Source: a virus (Duplodnaviria; Caudoviricetes). From it: DNA of 64,000 nucleotides. Both the position numbers and the translations under genes were made by a program. The stretch lies in IMG/VR virus record IMGVR_UViG_3300044608_000251, positions 1,395 to 65,394 of that record; one strand, given 5' to 3'. The notes below the pieces were generated by a model that worked only from the letters and a program-made list of their open reading frames with translations, searched no databases and was not told the origin of the DNA. Every line of letters begins with the position of its first letter. Position 1 is the stretch's first letter. Shown here piece by piece: positions 40,114 through 48,266 of the stretch.

Positions 40114-40299
40114 TTACCCCTGGTTGTTGGCACGAGCCATATTACGTCCAACTGCTTTCATTGATGCGCTGGTTACAGTGCTAGCACCTTTAGAACCTTT
40201 GCCTGTCTGAATGCCTACGTTTGGACCTGAATCCCCAAGGTTTTTACCCTTAGTTTTACCTTGTTTTGTTACGCCGTCTGCTGCTTTTCTGAATGTCAT
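40114..40299 (-). CDS. small basic virion protein
   Basis: ADGVTKQGKTKG...MKAVGRNMARA. Confidence 0.6.
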   Translation of the reverse strand: MTFRKAADGVTKQGKTKGKNLGDSGPNVGIQTGKGSKGASTVTSASMKAVGRNMARANNQG

Positions 40300-40307
40300 A
40301 ATGACTC

Positions 40308-40736
40308 CTAAGTTATACTAACCGTTACTGTACCAAGTTGTGTGCTACCTATCAAGTCATTTGGCGTTAAAGCATTATCAAACAACCTTGCCCCACCTAC
40401 TGGATTCCAACCCCACTGAAACACCCTACTACCCATATCTGGATTCCCAAACCCGTCAGGGCTTGTACCCCCATTAATATCGGTTTGTAACCCGTTATTA
40501 CCTGACTGGAAATAACTTACGTCAGGGCGTGGCTCCCGTACTGCTTGGGGGTCATTAACAGGATAGAGTCCAAGAGACAACTGTGGTTGATCTGGATCCC
40601 AACAAGTCTTACAAACTTTAATTCTATAGGGTTGTGTCTTTAATATCTGTATCCTTAATTCTTTTAATTTGTAGCGCTGAGCACATCTATCGCACTCGGC
40701 AATTGCATATTTTCCAGAAGCGTACTTACTTGACAT
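40308..40736 (-). CDS. zinc-binding head-completion-like protein
   Basis: CDRC...CKTCWDPDQPQ...DPQA..PRPD. Confidence 0.65.
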   Translation of the reverse strand: MSSKYASGKYAIAECDRCAQRYKLKELRIQILKTQPYRIKVCKTCWDPDQPQLSLGLYPVNDPQAVREPRPDVSYFQSGNNGLQTDINGGTSPDGFGNPDMGSRVFQWGWNPVGGARLFDNALTPNDLIGSTQLGTVTVSIT

Positions 40737-40742
40737 GGCATC

Positions 40743-41672
40743 TTAGTTAGAGTAAAAAGTGTTTCGTGGAACAAAACGGATTGGGGCTTTTTCCCTATCT
40801 TCTTCCGCTGCTAATTGGAACTGTTGCTCATAATCTGCTTTTAACATTGGTACACGGTTCATATCTACACCTGGCAGCTTTGTAGACAACTGATAAGCTA
40901 AGCCAGCAACCATGCAAGGTATAAAGCGAAATGGAATATCTTGAACGTAAGTACCTGAACCAGCGTCTTGGATACGGCGCATACGATAGTATACAAAAGT
41001 ATATTGGCTACCCGGTGAATTCGGCGTAGGCCAGACGTTAACAGAAGGTAAGTTCTGTACAGTAACCGTAGCGTTAGCCGTATGTGCAGCAGCAGTCGTG
41101 CCGTTTTGTCCACGGGCGCAGTTAATTAGCTGGTTACCACTTACGTTAGGGTAACTAATTGTTTCATTATCAATCTTAATAAACCCAGCAGAAGCTAAAC
41201 CGCTTGTGGAAGTTAAGTCAATGGTAGTGGCTGTAGAGCTTATATTAGCGTTTAAAAGGGCGCCTGAGAGGTTTTCTTGCCCCGACTGACGGTTGATCCA
41301 CACTTGAATCGGCCTACCTTGTGCTAACTTGTTAGGTAGAGTCATATAGGTTGACTCAGAAATACGGCTGATATTAATATCAATCTGGTTGCTTTGTACA
41401 CCGTTATTGGTACGCACTACCATATCCATCAAGTCAATTGTATCTACTGGTAGGGGGTAGGTAGCCTGCCCAGTAACCATCGGGATAACGCCTTGTTCAA
41501 TAGTCCAGAGATTAATACCACGGTTAGCCCACTCAATAGTCAGCAAGTTTAATGAACGACGAGCTGTACGAAAGTCATATCCAGTACGCAGCTCTTTCCC
41601 ACAGCGTTCAAACGCCTCTTCAATAAGGTCATTTACATCTAAGTTAAACGTTGAGGTACCTGTAGTGCTCAT
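40743..41672 (-). CDS. tail tubular protein A / adaptor with inserted beta domain
   Basis: IEEAFERCG...ARRSLN...EWANRG.NLW...PFRF.PC..AGLAY. Confidence 0.7.
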   Translation of the reverse strand: MSTTGTSTFNLDVNDLIEEAFERCGKELRTGYDFRTARRSLNLLTIEWANRGINLWTIEQGVIPMVTGQATYPLPVDTIDLMDMVVRTNNGVQSNQIDINISRISESTYMTLPNKLAQGRPIQVWINRQSGQENLSGALLNANISSTATTIDLTSTSGLASAGFIKIDNETISYPNVSGNQLINCARGQNGTTAAAHTANATVTVQNLPSVNVWPTPNSPGSQYTFVYYRMRRIQDAGSGTYVQDIPFRFIPCMVAGLAYQLSTKLPGVDMNRVPMLKADYEQQFQLAAEEDREKAPIRFVPRNTFYSN

Positions 41673-41917
41673 ATTTTCCTAAATGGCTTTACTTTTGCTT
41701 TGACTTTTTTTGGCTGGGGGACGAACTGCTTTCCCGCTGCTTTTCCCGCCCGCTTTGCTTTTGTCGTTGCTGCGTACTCCTGTGGGCTTAGCGACTCGAT
41801 TGCTTTTTTTGGCAGGTACCGTTCGCCTGTTTCGGACGACTTTTTCCCCGATTTGGTTGTCCACTTTTGGTCGCCCCAAGCTTTTAAAGAACGTTGCGAT
41901 TTTGCCAATCCACTCAT
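41669..41917 (-). CDS. small basic protein (DUF5872-like)
   Basis: W.DQKW.TKSG...RYLPK. Confidence 0.65.
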   Translation of the reverse strand: MSGLAKSQRSLKAWGDQKWTTKSGKKSSETGERYLPKKAIESLSPQEYAATTKAKRAGKAAGKQFVPQPKKVKAKVKPFRKI

Positions 41918-42186
41918 TTATATCCACCACCAGCCGCCTTATATTTTTTTGCTACTAATTGAGCTTTACGAGCTGACCACTGACCTGCGCCAGTACCATG
42001 TGTTGCAGCAGACTTAACTTGAGAAACAATACGTTTACGCAGACTAGGCTTGGTATAGTTACCAGCAGCATTTACTTTCCCACCCTCTTTAAACTGGGTG
42101 AAATCAGTATCATCTCTACGTGGCTTCTTCTTGCCAGTAGGCATCTTAGAAGGGGATATTGCACCCATGCCACGACTTGGTCTCAT
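41914..42186 (-). CDS. small basic protein (DUF5872-like)
   Basis: NYTKP.LR...GQWSARKAQ...YK.AGGGY. Confidence 0.7.
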   Translation of the reverse strand: MRPSRGMGAISPSKMPTGKKKPRRDDTDFTQFKEGGKVNAAGNYTKPSLRKRIVSQVKSAATHGTGAGQWSARKAQLVAKKYKAAGGGYK

Positions 42187-42542
42187 ACCATCCGTCCTTT
42201 AGTTTTACCCTTAGTACAACAGCCATCAGCACGTTTAGAAGCGGAAGCTATTTTACCACCGGCCTTGTAATTTTTTGTTAAATCACGGTTTGATTTTGGC
42301 ATACCACCACCGCCACCACCGCCTTTACCCATAGCAGGGGCTTTACGCTCATATGGGGCAAGTGTATCTTTGTCTACACGGGCTTTATCTCTTGCTTCGG
42401 CATACTCTCTATTACGGGCAGAGTATTCATTTTCTGGTGCAGCAGTTGGTTTTGGCTGTGGACCAGCACGGGTAATCTTAGCTTCTGGGTACATTTGCTC
42501 CAGACTCATCCCGCCCTCATTAAACCGTTTAGCCTTTTTCAT
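42183..42542 (-). CDS. small basic xxGG-motif protein
   Basis: FNEGG...YKAGG...RADGCCTKGKTKG. Confidence 0.65.
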   Translation of the reverse strand: MKKAKRFNEGGMSLEQMYPEAKITRAGPQPKPTAAPENEYSARNREYAEARDKARVDKDTLAPYERKAPAMGKGGGGGGGMPKSNRDLTKNYKAGGKIASASKRADGCCTKGKTKGRMV

Positions 42543-42545
42543 GGT

Positions 42546-42989
42546 TTATGCTCTTGTCTTTCCACGAATAGCACAACCATCGGCACGGGCTGAAGCAGAT
42601 TTTACTTTACCACCCTTTTTATATCCAGCATCGTCATAGTCTGTTCGGTATATTAGTTCTCCAGATTTAGAGTTTGGGAACTCATTTAAAATATCTTTTC
42701 TAGCCAGTCTGTCTGGAGAAATGCTTTTTGGATTAACTCCCTTAGTTATAAATCTTGGTGCATTTTTGTACAATGCTCGGTAACGAGTAGCATCGTCAAT
42801 CATTTTGTTTTGGCCTTGCTTAGTCTCGGTTTCAACCATTGCTTCAGCTTTTGGCTCAGCTTTTGGTTCACTAGGCTTTTTAGTAAGGTCATTACCCTTG
42901 GCATCAATCATACCCATGCGGTATTTAACAATAGGATCATCTCCAGTGTAGCTACCACCTTCGTTAAAGCGTTTCATTTTTTTAGCCAT
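42546..42989 (-). CDS. small basic xxGG-motif protein
   Basis: FNEGG...YKKGG...RADGCAIRGKT. Confidence 0.65.
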   Translation of the reverse strand: MAKKMKRFNEGGSYTGDDPIVKYRMGMIDAKGNDLTKKPSEPKAEPKAEAMVETETKQGQNKMIDDATRYRALYKNAPRFITKGVNPKSISPDRLARKDILNEFPNSKSGELIYRTDYDDAGYKKGGKVKSASARADGCAIRGKTRA

Positions 42990-42991
42990 GA

Positions 42992-43177
42992 TTAGCACAT
43001 ACCGCCAGATTTCATAGAAATCATCTTGCCTTTTGTATGACCCTTGGTAATGCAGCCATCAGCACGTGTTACGCCGCCTTTAGCCATTTTATGCATTGAT
43101 TTTTCGTGAGCTTTAACTTCTTGCTTAGCCACTTTTTTCATCATTGGCATATCTTGTTTAATATCGTCGTGTTTCAT
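42992..43177 (-). CDS. small basic xxGG-motif protein
   Basis: MAKGG..RADGCITKGHTKG...MKSGG. Confidence 0.65.
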   Translation of the reverse strand: MKHDDIKQDMPMMKKVAKQEVKAHEKSMHKMAKGGVTRADGCITKGHTKGKMISMKSGGMC

Positions 43178-43179
43178 AA

Positions 43180-43485
43180 TTAGCAAGCCTTTCCGCCTTT
43201 TTTCATTGTAACCATCTTGCCTTTGGTTTTACCCTTAGACTCAATACCGCCGCCTTTAGCCATTTTCATAGCTGGCTTTTTACCAGCAGCTTCTTTTTTC
43301 TTTGCAATCATTTCCATAAAAGGATTTGGTTTTTTCATAGTGCCACCTTCTTTAAAAGTTTTGCCTTTATCGGCCTTGTTAAAATCTTTACCTACTGACT
43401 GTGGTACTCCTACCTTCTTAGCAAATTTTGGGTTATTTGCAATAGCTGCCATAAAATTGTGTTGCTTCTTGCTGGTACTAGGCAT
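43180..43485 (-). CDS. small basic xxGG-motif protein
   Basis: MPSTSKKQHNFMAA...FKEGG...MAKGG...MKKGG. Confidence 0.7.
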   Translation of the reverse strand: MPSTSKKQHNFMAAIANNPKFAKKVGVPQSVGKDFNKADKGKTFKEGGTMKKPNPFMEMIAKKKEAAGKKPAMKMAKGGGIESKGKTKGKMVTMKKGGKAC

Positions 43486-43733
43486 TATTTATTACCCCAA
43501 TACCCAGCGATAAACCCAGCTACTCCAGTTAAAACACTTACAAAACCACCAATAGCCATCAACGTTTTCCAGCCACCCTTAGCTTCAGACAGGGTTTTAT
43601 TAATTGATTGTATGGCAAGTTTAATTTCTTGCATTTCCTTGACCATCTTATCCATGTCTTCCTGCAAATGTTCTATGTCGTTGGCATGGGTAGCTAGTTC
43701 TCTAGCCGTCTTTATTGGATCCATTTCGTTCAT
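43485..43733 (-). CDS. coiled-coil protein with C-terminal TM helix
   Basis: Coiled coil, then KGGWKTL plus a hydrophobic helix. Confidence 0.6.
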   Translation of the reverse strand: MNEMDPIKTARELATHANDIEHLQEDMDKMVKEMQEIKLAIQSINKTLSEAKGGWKTLMAIGGFVSVLTGVAGFIAGYWGNK

Positions 43734-43990
43734 TAACACTTCCATCGAGCTAGTGAAGCCGCTTTACGAGTAGGTTTACCCTTCTCGTCTTTCATCGGAC
43801 CCGGCATACCAGACATACGTGCGCAGAATGATTTTTTACGTGGACCACCTTCGGGCTGTGGAGCCTTTAGATTCGAGCCAGTAGCCGCATTATACTTAGC
43901 ACGGCCTTTGGCGGTAAGCCCAGCGCCCTTAGATACAGGCAACTTTTCACCACGACCAATAGCTAGGGAGGGACCTTTTTTCTTAGCCAT
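43733..43990 (-). CDS. DUF6321-like basic protein
   Basis: GLTAKGRAKYN...RKKSFCARM...WKC. Confidence 0.7.
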   Translation of the reverse strand: MAKKKGPSLAIGRGEKLPVSKGAGLTAKGRAKYNAATGSNLKAPQPEGGPRKKSFCARMSGMPGPMKDEKGKPTRKAASLARWKC

Positions 43991-44504
43991 AGAAAATAGT
44001 TATAAAGCTAATAGATGTCAGTTGAGAGTACAGACCATTTTGTACTAAAACACCTTCGCCTGGAACAATAACTTGCTGTGCTGAAGTAGCGCCAGTTAAA
44101 GTATCAAAAGAAGTAACCCAACGACCATTATTAGATACATAGTAACAAGCTGTACCACCACTTACGTTGGATGTTGTGTTTATGTCTGTAATAGCAAAAG
44201 TATTAGCTAGCGCATTTGAAATAACATAATTGCCGTCTGTTGCTGAATTTCCTGTAGCACTTATATACCCAATACCTACTGTTGCGCCATTAGAAAGACC
44301 ATGCGCCGTAGAAGTAACTGTTACAGTATTAGCGGTTTTGGCATAGCTGGCTGTAGTTGGAGCTACTGTTGTATCAAAAAGTATTAGTGATCCAGCTTGT
44401 CCAGCACTACCAGAATACGTAATTTGTTTTACACGAGTACGAATAGCTGGAAGTAAAAATCCAGTTACCGATACGTGGGCCGATTTAACGTCAGTTTGCA
44501 TCAT
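43983..44504 (-). CDS. virion structural protein
   Basis: MQTDVK...PGEGVL...TIFYG frame with an inserted TAHGL domain. Confidence 0.65.
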   Translation of the reverse strand: MMQTDVKSAHVSVTGFLLPAIRTRVKQITYSGSAGQAGSLILFDTTVAPTTASYAKTANTVTVTSTAHGLSNGATVGIGYISATGNSATDGNYVISNALANTFAITDINTTSNVSGGTACYYVSNNGRWVTSFDTLTGATSAQQVIVPGEGVLVQNGLYSQLTSISFITIFYG

Positions 44505-44552
44505 AATTAATCTCCTAAAGATTTAAGCGGGGGACGAATCCCCCTAGATTAA

Positions 44553-45053
44553 TTAAACGTTTTGCTGACCGTTGTCCGCAACGTAGTAAATGATGTCGCC
44601 AGTAATTGCACCAGCGTTTGCACCAGCAGATCCTTGAGCGTTAGTAACAACAATCAAGTTAGTAGCGTTAGCTACGTTGCCCATTGATGCGCCACCAGTT
44701 GCAACAGTAAATACTATGCGAGCTGCTACGTTTCCACCAGATAAAAATGCGTTTGGAACGTTTGTGCCAAGAGTACCAGTTTGACCAGGACCTACGCCAA
44801 CTAGTGGGGTAAACCCTATGTTAGCGGAAGAGTTTCCACCAGCAGCACCAGAAATAATAACTTCAGTAACAACTGCGTTAGCTGGAAGAATAAGGGCTGG
44901 AGCGCCAGTAGCCGAAGAAATGACTACGTTGGAGGTTGCTGCAGTGTTAGCAATATAGAACTGAGCAGCCATAACCATGGAGCCAGCATAAGCGGTGCGA
45001 GTTGAATCGCCACCTGTTGAACGCCATAAAGACGAGGTAGTAGCTAAAGTCAT
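44553..45053 (-). CDS. virion structural (decoration-like) protein
   Basis: Ala/Gly/Thr/Asn-rich with an ILPANA motif; start placed at ATG 45053 after GAAGGA. Confidence 0.6.
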   Translation of the reverse strand: MTLATTSSLWRSTGGDSTRTAYAGSMVMAAQFYIANTAATSNVVISSATGAPALILPANAVVTEVIISGAAGGNSSANIGFTPLVGVGPGQTGTLGTNVPNAFLSGGNVAARIVFTVATGGASMGNVANATNLIVVTNAQGSAGANAGAITGDIIYYVADNGQQNV

Positions 45054-45140
45054 AACGAATTGTCCTTCATACAAAGATAAGCCAGTTAGTCGTGTATGCG
45101 TCTGCCGGGACAGTCTAAAAGGCCGGTTTTCCCGGTTTCC
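45054..45140 (-). ncRNA. candidate cis-regulatory structured leader RNA
   Basis: CCGG-GAAAA-CCGG; GCC/GGC and TTAG/CTAA stems; CATACA/TGTATG and TGTCC/GGACA long-range pairings covering the RBS. Confidence 0.45.
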
Positions 45141-45143
45141 ATA

Positions 45144-45187
45144 ATGTTACTACATTTTTAGATAAGCGCAAGCTTTTTAAGTAAAAT
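45144..45187. promoter_or_regulatory. overlapping divergent sigma70-like promoters
   Basis: Minus strand TTGCGC-16-TAACAT; plus strand TAGATA-17-TAAAAT. Confidence 0.4.
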
Positions 45188-45205
45188 ATAACTTTAGGGG
45201 GCACT

Positions 45206-45424
45206 ATGAAAGGCGTTAAATGGCTAGGAACATTATTGTGTTTGACTGGCATTTGTTTAACGAGCTTCAACGTGTACCCTATCAATATTATCCTCAGTTT
45301 GATTGGTAGCGCCCTTTGGACTTGGGCGGGGTGGGTTCAAAGAGACATTCCGTTGTTTTTAGTCGAAGCAGTAGCAGTAGGGATATACTTGGCTGGGATT
45401 ATAGCCCTTTTATATAAGGTGTAA
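45206..45424 (+). CDS. small multi-pass membrane protein
   Basis: Three hydrophobic helices in 72 aa. Confidence 0.65.
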   Translation: MKGVKWLGTLLCLTGICLTSFNVYPINIILSLIGSALWTWAGWVQRDIPLFLVEAVAVGIYLAGIIALLYKV

Positions 45425-45426
45425 AC

Positions 45427-45864
45427 ATGACAACAATAGTAGGCGACTGGAGAAATAAAGTATTAGTAGCCGATAGTCAATTCTCCGATGATGATACTGG
45501 ACTTAAATACTTTGAAGACAAAATTCTTCCTATAGATGGTGGTTGGCTTGGGGTAGCGGGTAATTGGTCAGATGCAGAAAAAGTTTTAGATTACTTAAAT
45601 AAAAAAACCAAAACAAAACCCAAACTAAAATCAGATAGTTCTTTTTTAAAACTAACCAAAGACGGCTTATTTGCTTGTGGGGATGATCTTGAATGGGAAA
45701 GAGTGCGAACCTTTATGGCTATTGGCAGCGGGGCTATGGCTGCAGAAGTATGTATGCGTATGGGTTTAACCGCAGAAGATGCAGTTAAGTGGGCATGTAA
45801 TGTAGATTTAAAAAGTCACGAACCAATTAAAACCTACGCTTTAGACAATAAAAATGCCTTATAA
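45427..45864 (+). CDS. HslV/proteasome-beta-like Ntn-hydrolase peptidase
   Basis: N-terminal MTTI, ADSQ, conserved Lys, GVAG, AIGSG. Confidence 0.8.
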   Translation: MTTIVGDWRNKVLVADSQFSDDDTGLKYFEDKILPIDGGWLGVAGNWSDAEKVLDYLNKKTKTKPKLKSDSSFLKLTKDGLFACGDDLEWERVRTFMAIGSGAMAAEVCMRMGLTAEDAVKWACNVDLKSHEPIKTYALDNKNAL

Positions 45865-46207
45865 AGACCCAGAAGTAAAGAAAAGAAAACACAGAGAATA
45901 TAGCCGTAAACATTATGAGGCTAATAAAGAACAAGTAATTGCTCTAACGGCAGAAAATAAAAAGAAAGCTAGAGTAGATTGGGCAAGTTTTAAAGCTACC
46001 CTTAAATGTACTGTTTGTGGGGAGGATCACCCAGCAGCACTAGACTTCCACCATGAAGACCCAGCCACTAAGGACCATGCGGTTAGCTGGTTTATTAAAA
46101 ACTCTCAATTTACACGGGCTATAGAAGAAGCCCTAAAGTGCAGAGTCTTATGCGCTAATTGCCACAGAAAACATCACTGGGAAGAAAAGAAAAACCCCAC
46201 CGGGTAA
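45854..46207 (+). CDS. HNH endonuclease
   Basis: CTVCG...LDFHH...KC.VLCANCHRKHH. Confidence 0.85.
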   Translation: MPYKDPEVKKRKHREYSRKHYEANKEQVIALTAENKKKARVDWASFKATLKCTVCGEDHPAALDFHHEDPATKDHAVSWFIKNSQFTRAIEEALKCRVLCANCHRKHHWEEKKNPTG

Positions 46208-46214
46208 GGTGGGG
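46190..46214 (-). terminator. intrinsic terminator after the capsid gene (possibly bidirectional)
   Basis: CCCCACC/GGTGGGG stem with a T-run on the minus strand. Confidence 0.7.
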
Positions 46215-46239
46215 CTTCCTTGTAGCTGGGGGGCTTTGA

Positions 46240-47148
46240 TTAAGCGCCAGCAGAGCCAAACATTCCGAGTGGATCAGACCAACCGAAAGAATAACGCTCA
46301 CGAGACTTGTAACGAACGTTACCAGTATCGAAGTCACCATCCATGCTGTTCTGTAATGGAATACGAACAAAATGCTTCATACCATTTGGAACATCAGTAG
46401 TTAGGAACCAAGCATTGGTGTCGGTCAAGAAGTGGTTAATTGTGTAACCTTCAGAGACAGAACCATTGTTCTTGATAGCGTTGATGTCGTTGTCGTTTGT
46501 ACCAACACGCAATTCAGTTTCGAGCAAACGAGTTGCAACGAATTGTAATGCAGGAGGAACAACCAACTTCTTAGGCTTAGCAGCGATCAACAGACCACGC
46601 TCATCAGTCCAAGCAGCGATTTGAATTACAGCGGCTTCTAAAGAAGTCTCATTCAAGTCAGATGCAGTAGATGGAACGTTGCTGTTTGTACCGCCAGAAA
46701 CCAAAGGATGTGATGCAGAGAACAAAGGAACACCATCACCACCGTTGTAACCAGTAGTGAAACCGTTATTCAATACAGCAGCAGCCTTAACTTGCTTGGT
46801 ATAAGACATGGAACGAGCCAAAGCCTTTGTATAACGAGCTGACAAAGAGTCATACAAGTTATCTTCAATAGCTTCTTCAGTCAAACTGAAGCCTTGGGCG
46901 ATTGTTTCATGGTTGTAACGAGCAGTCCATGCTTCTTGACCGTTGTCATAAGCGATGGCAGAGCCTTCGTTTTTAACAGGGGCGGCGCTAAAGCCAGACA
47001 ATTTGGTTTCTTCTTCGAAGGAACGCTCTGAGGTCTCTGTATCGTAGATCTCTTTGTGTTCTTCGCCGTAGCGAGCGTACTCAAGACCAAACAATGCATT
47101 CAAACCGGGTAAAAGCTCTTTTAGGAGCTGTGCACGAGAAATAGCCAT
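46240..47148 (-). CDS. major capsid protein
   Basis: 302 aa, MAISRAQLLKELLPGLNALFG...LVVPP...RERYSFGWSDP; follows scaffold and decoration genes, strong codon bias, followed by a terminator. Confidence 0.88.
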   Translation of the reverse strand: MAISRAQLLKELLPGLNALFGLEYARYGEEHKEIYDTETSERSFEEETKLSGFSAAPVKNEGSAIAYDNGQEAWTARYNHETIAQGFSLTEEAIEDNLYDSLSARYTKALARSMSYTKQVKAAAVLNNGFTTGYNGGDGVPLFSASHPLVSGGTNSNVPSTASDLNETSLEAAVIQIAAWTDERGLLIAAKPKKLVVPPALQFVATRLLETELRVGTNDNDINAIKNNGSVSEGYTINHFLTDTNAWFLTTDVPNGMKHFVRIPLQNSMDGDFDTGNVRYKSRERYSFGWSDPLGMFGSAGA

Positions 47149-47160
47149 TTAATTAGCTCC

Positions 47161-47787
47161 TTATAGATAATTCTGGGCGGCTGCCAACAGAATTTGTGGG
47201 TTGTTCAACTTCACTACAACTTCAGTGAAGGCATTGGTGCCTGTTGCTGTTTCTGGAACAACTGATACTACACGAACAGGCAATGTTGCTGCGTTACCAG
47301 TACCAGAAGTAGGAACAATAACAGATAAACCAGAATTGCCTGTAGTAGTGGAGCCTGTACCTTGACGGATAGACAGATTTGTACCAACAACAGAAGCGTT
47401 AGCAGTAGTTACAGTAGTATTACCAGAGAAGGTAACAGCTACTTTAAAGGCTGCTTGTGAATCGTCAATAACATACGCTATTGCTGAAGTTGCTGCAGCA
47501 TTACCTGGGTAATATTGAGCTTGTACAGTTTGTTGCTGTGAGTTAACGTACTGAACACCTACAAATACACCATAAGTAAGGTTTGCTGTGTTGTCAGTTG
47601 TAGAGTCAACAGTTACAGTTGACTTGATGATGCTACCACCCTTGACCATAACGATGTCGCCGTTAAAGATTGCAGTATTATAAGTACTGGCAATCGGTAG
47701 CTGACGTGTAGCCCCAGCATAGGGCATAAAGTCAACACGGTTAATCGCTTCTAGACCGTAGGGAGCTGAAACGGTTGGATAAGCCAT
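47161..47787 (-). CDS. capsid decoration/stabilising protein
   Basis: APYGL...IFNGD.V...GVFVG motif directly upstream of MCP. Confidence 0.65.
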   Translation of the reverse strand: MAYPTVSAPYGLEAINRVDFMPYAGATRQLPIASTYNTAIFNGDIVMVKGGSIIKSTVTVDSTTDNTANLTYGVFVGVQYVNSQQQTVQAQYYPGNAAATSAIAYVIDDSQAAFKVAVTFSGNTTVTTANASVVGTNLSIRQGTGSTTTGNSGLSVIVPTSGTGNAATLPVRVVSVVPETATGTNAFTEVVVKLNNPQILLAAAQNYL

Positions 47788-47812
47788 TTAAATCTCCTAA
47801 TAAGTTAAAAAG

Positions 47813-48265
47813 TTAATTATTACCTTTGCCAAAGCTAGTCGTGGATTTACGCTCATTAAAGAGTGGCATCCGTGGGTCGCTTTGACGCATTAAATTGTTA
47901 TCTACAGCATCCGTTTGAGCATCGCTTTGTTTAGCATAATAAGCATTACGCTGAGTAACGAACTCAATTGGGGTTTTGCAAAGTAACAATCCGCCAATCT
48001 CAATATTGTCTTTAAAACGACTATTGGGATCAACTAACAGTTGAAATTTAGGTTGTTCTTCAATTGATACAGGCTCCCAACCTTCTCGCAATTTAGCGGA
48101 AAGATTGCGTGGATCTGCTGTATTTAATGTAGAAGTACGAACCCAGCGATAAGCATAACCAGCCTGTTTGTCAGGCTCTGGGAGAAGTTCTGCTGGCATC
48201 CACCGTTTAGGGCGCTCAGAAAATTCACGGTTGTCTACTTCACGGTCAAGTCTATTTGTAGCCAT
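47813..48265 (-). CDS. conserved head-module protein
   Basis: YRWVR...REGWEPV...GGLLLCK...DPRMPLF. Confidence 0.7.
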   Translation of the reverse strand: MATNRLDREVDNREFSERPKRWMPAELLPEPDKQAGYAYRWVRTSTLNTADPRNLSAKLREGWEPVSIEEQPKFQLLVDPNSRFKDNIEIGGLLLCKTPIEFVTQRNAYYAKQSDAQTDAVDNNLMRQSDPRMPLFNERKSTTSFGKGNN

Positions 48266-48266
48266 G

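Noticed and set aside
41679-41930. Alternative-frame 83-aa ORF overlapping 41669-41917
   Set aside because: The other frame carries the recognisable conserved motifs; there is no independent evidence for overprinting
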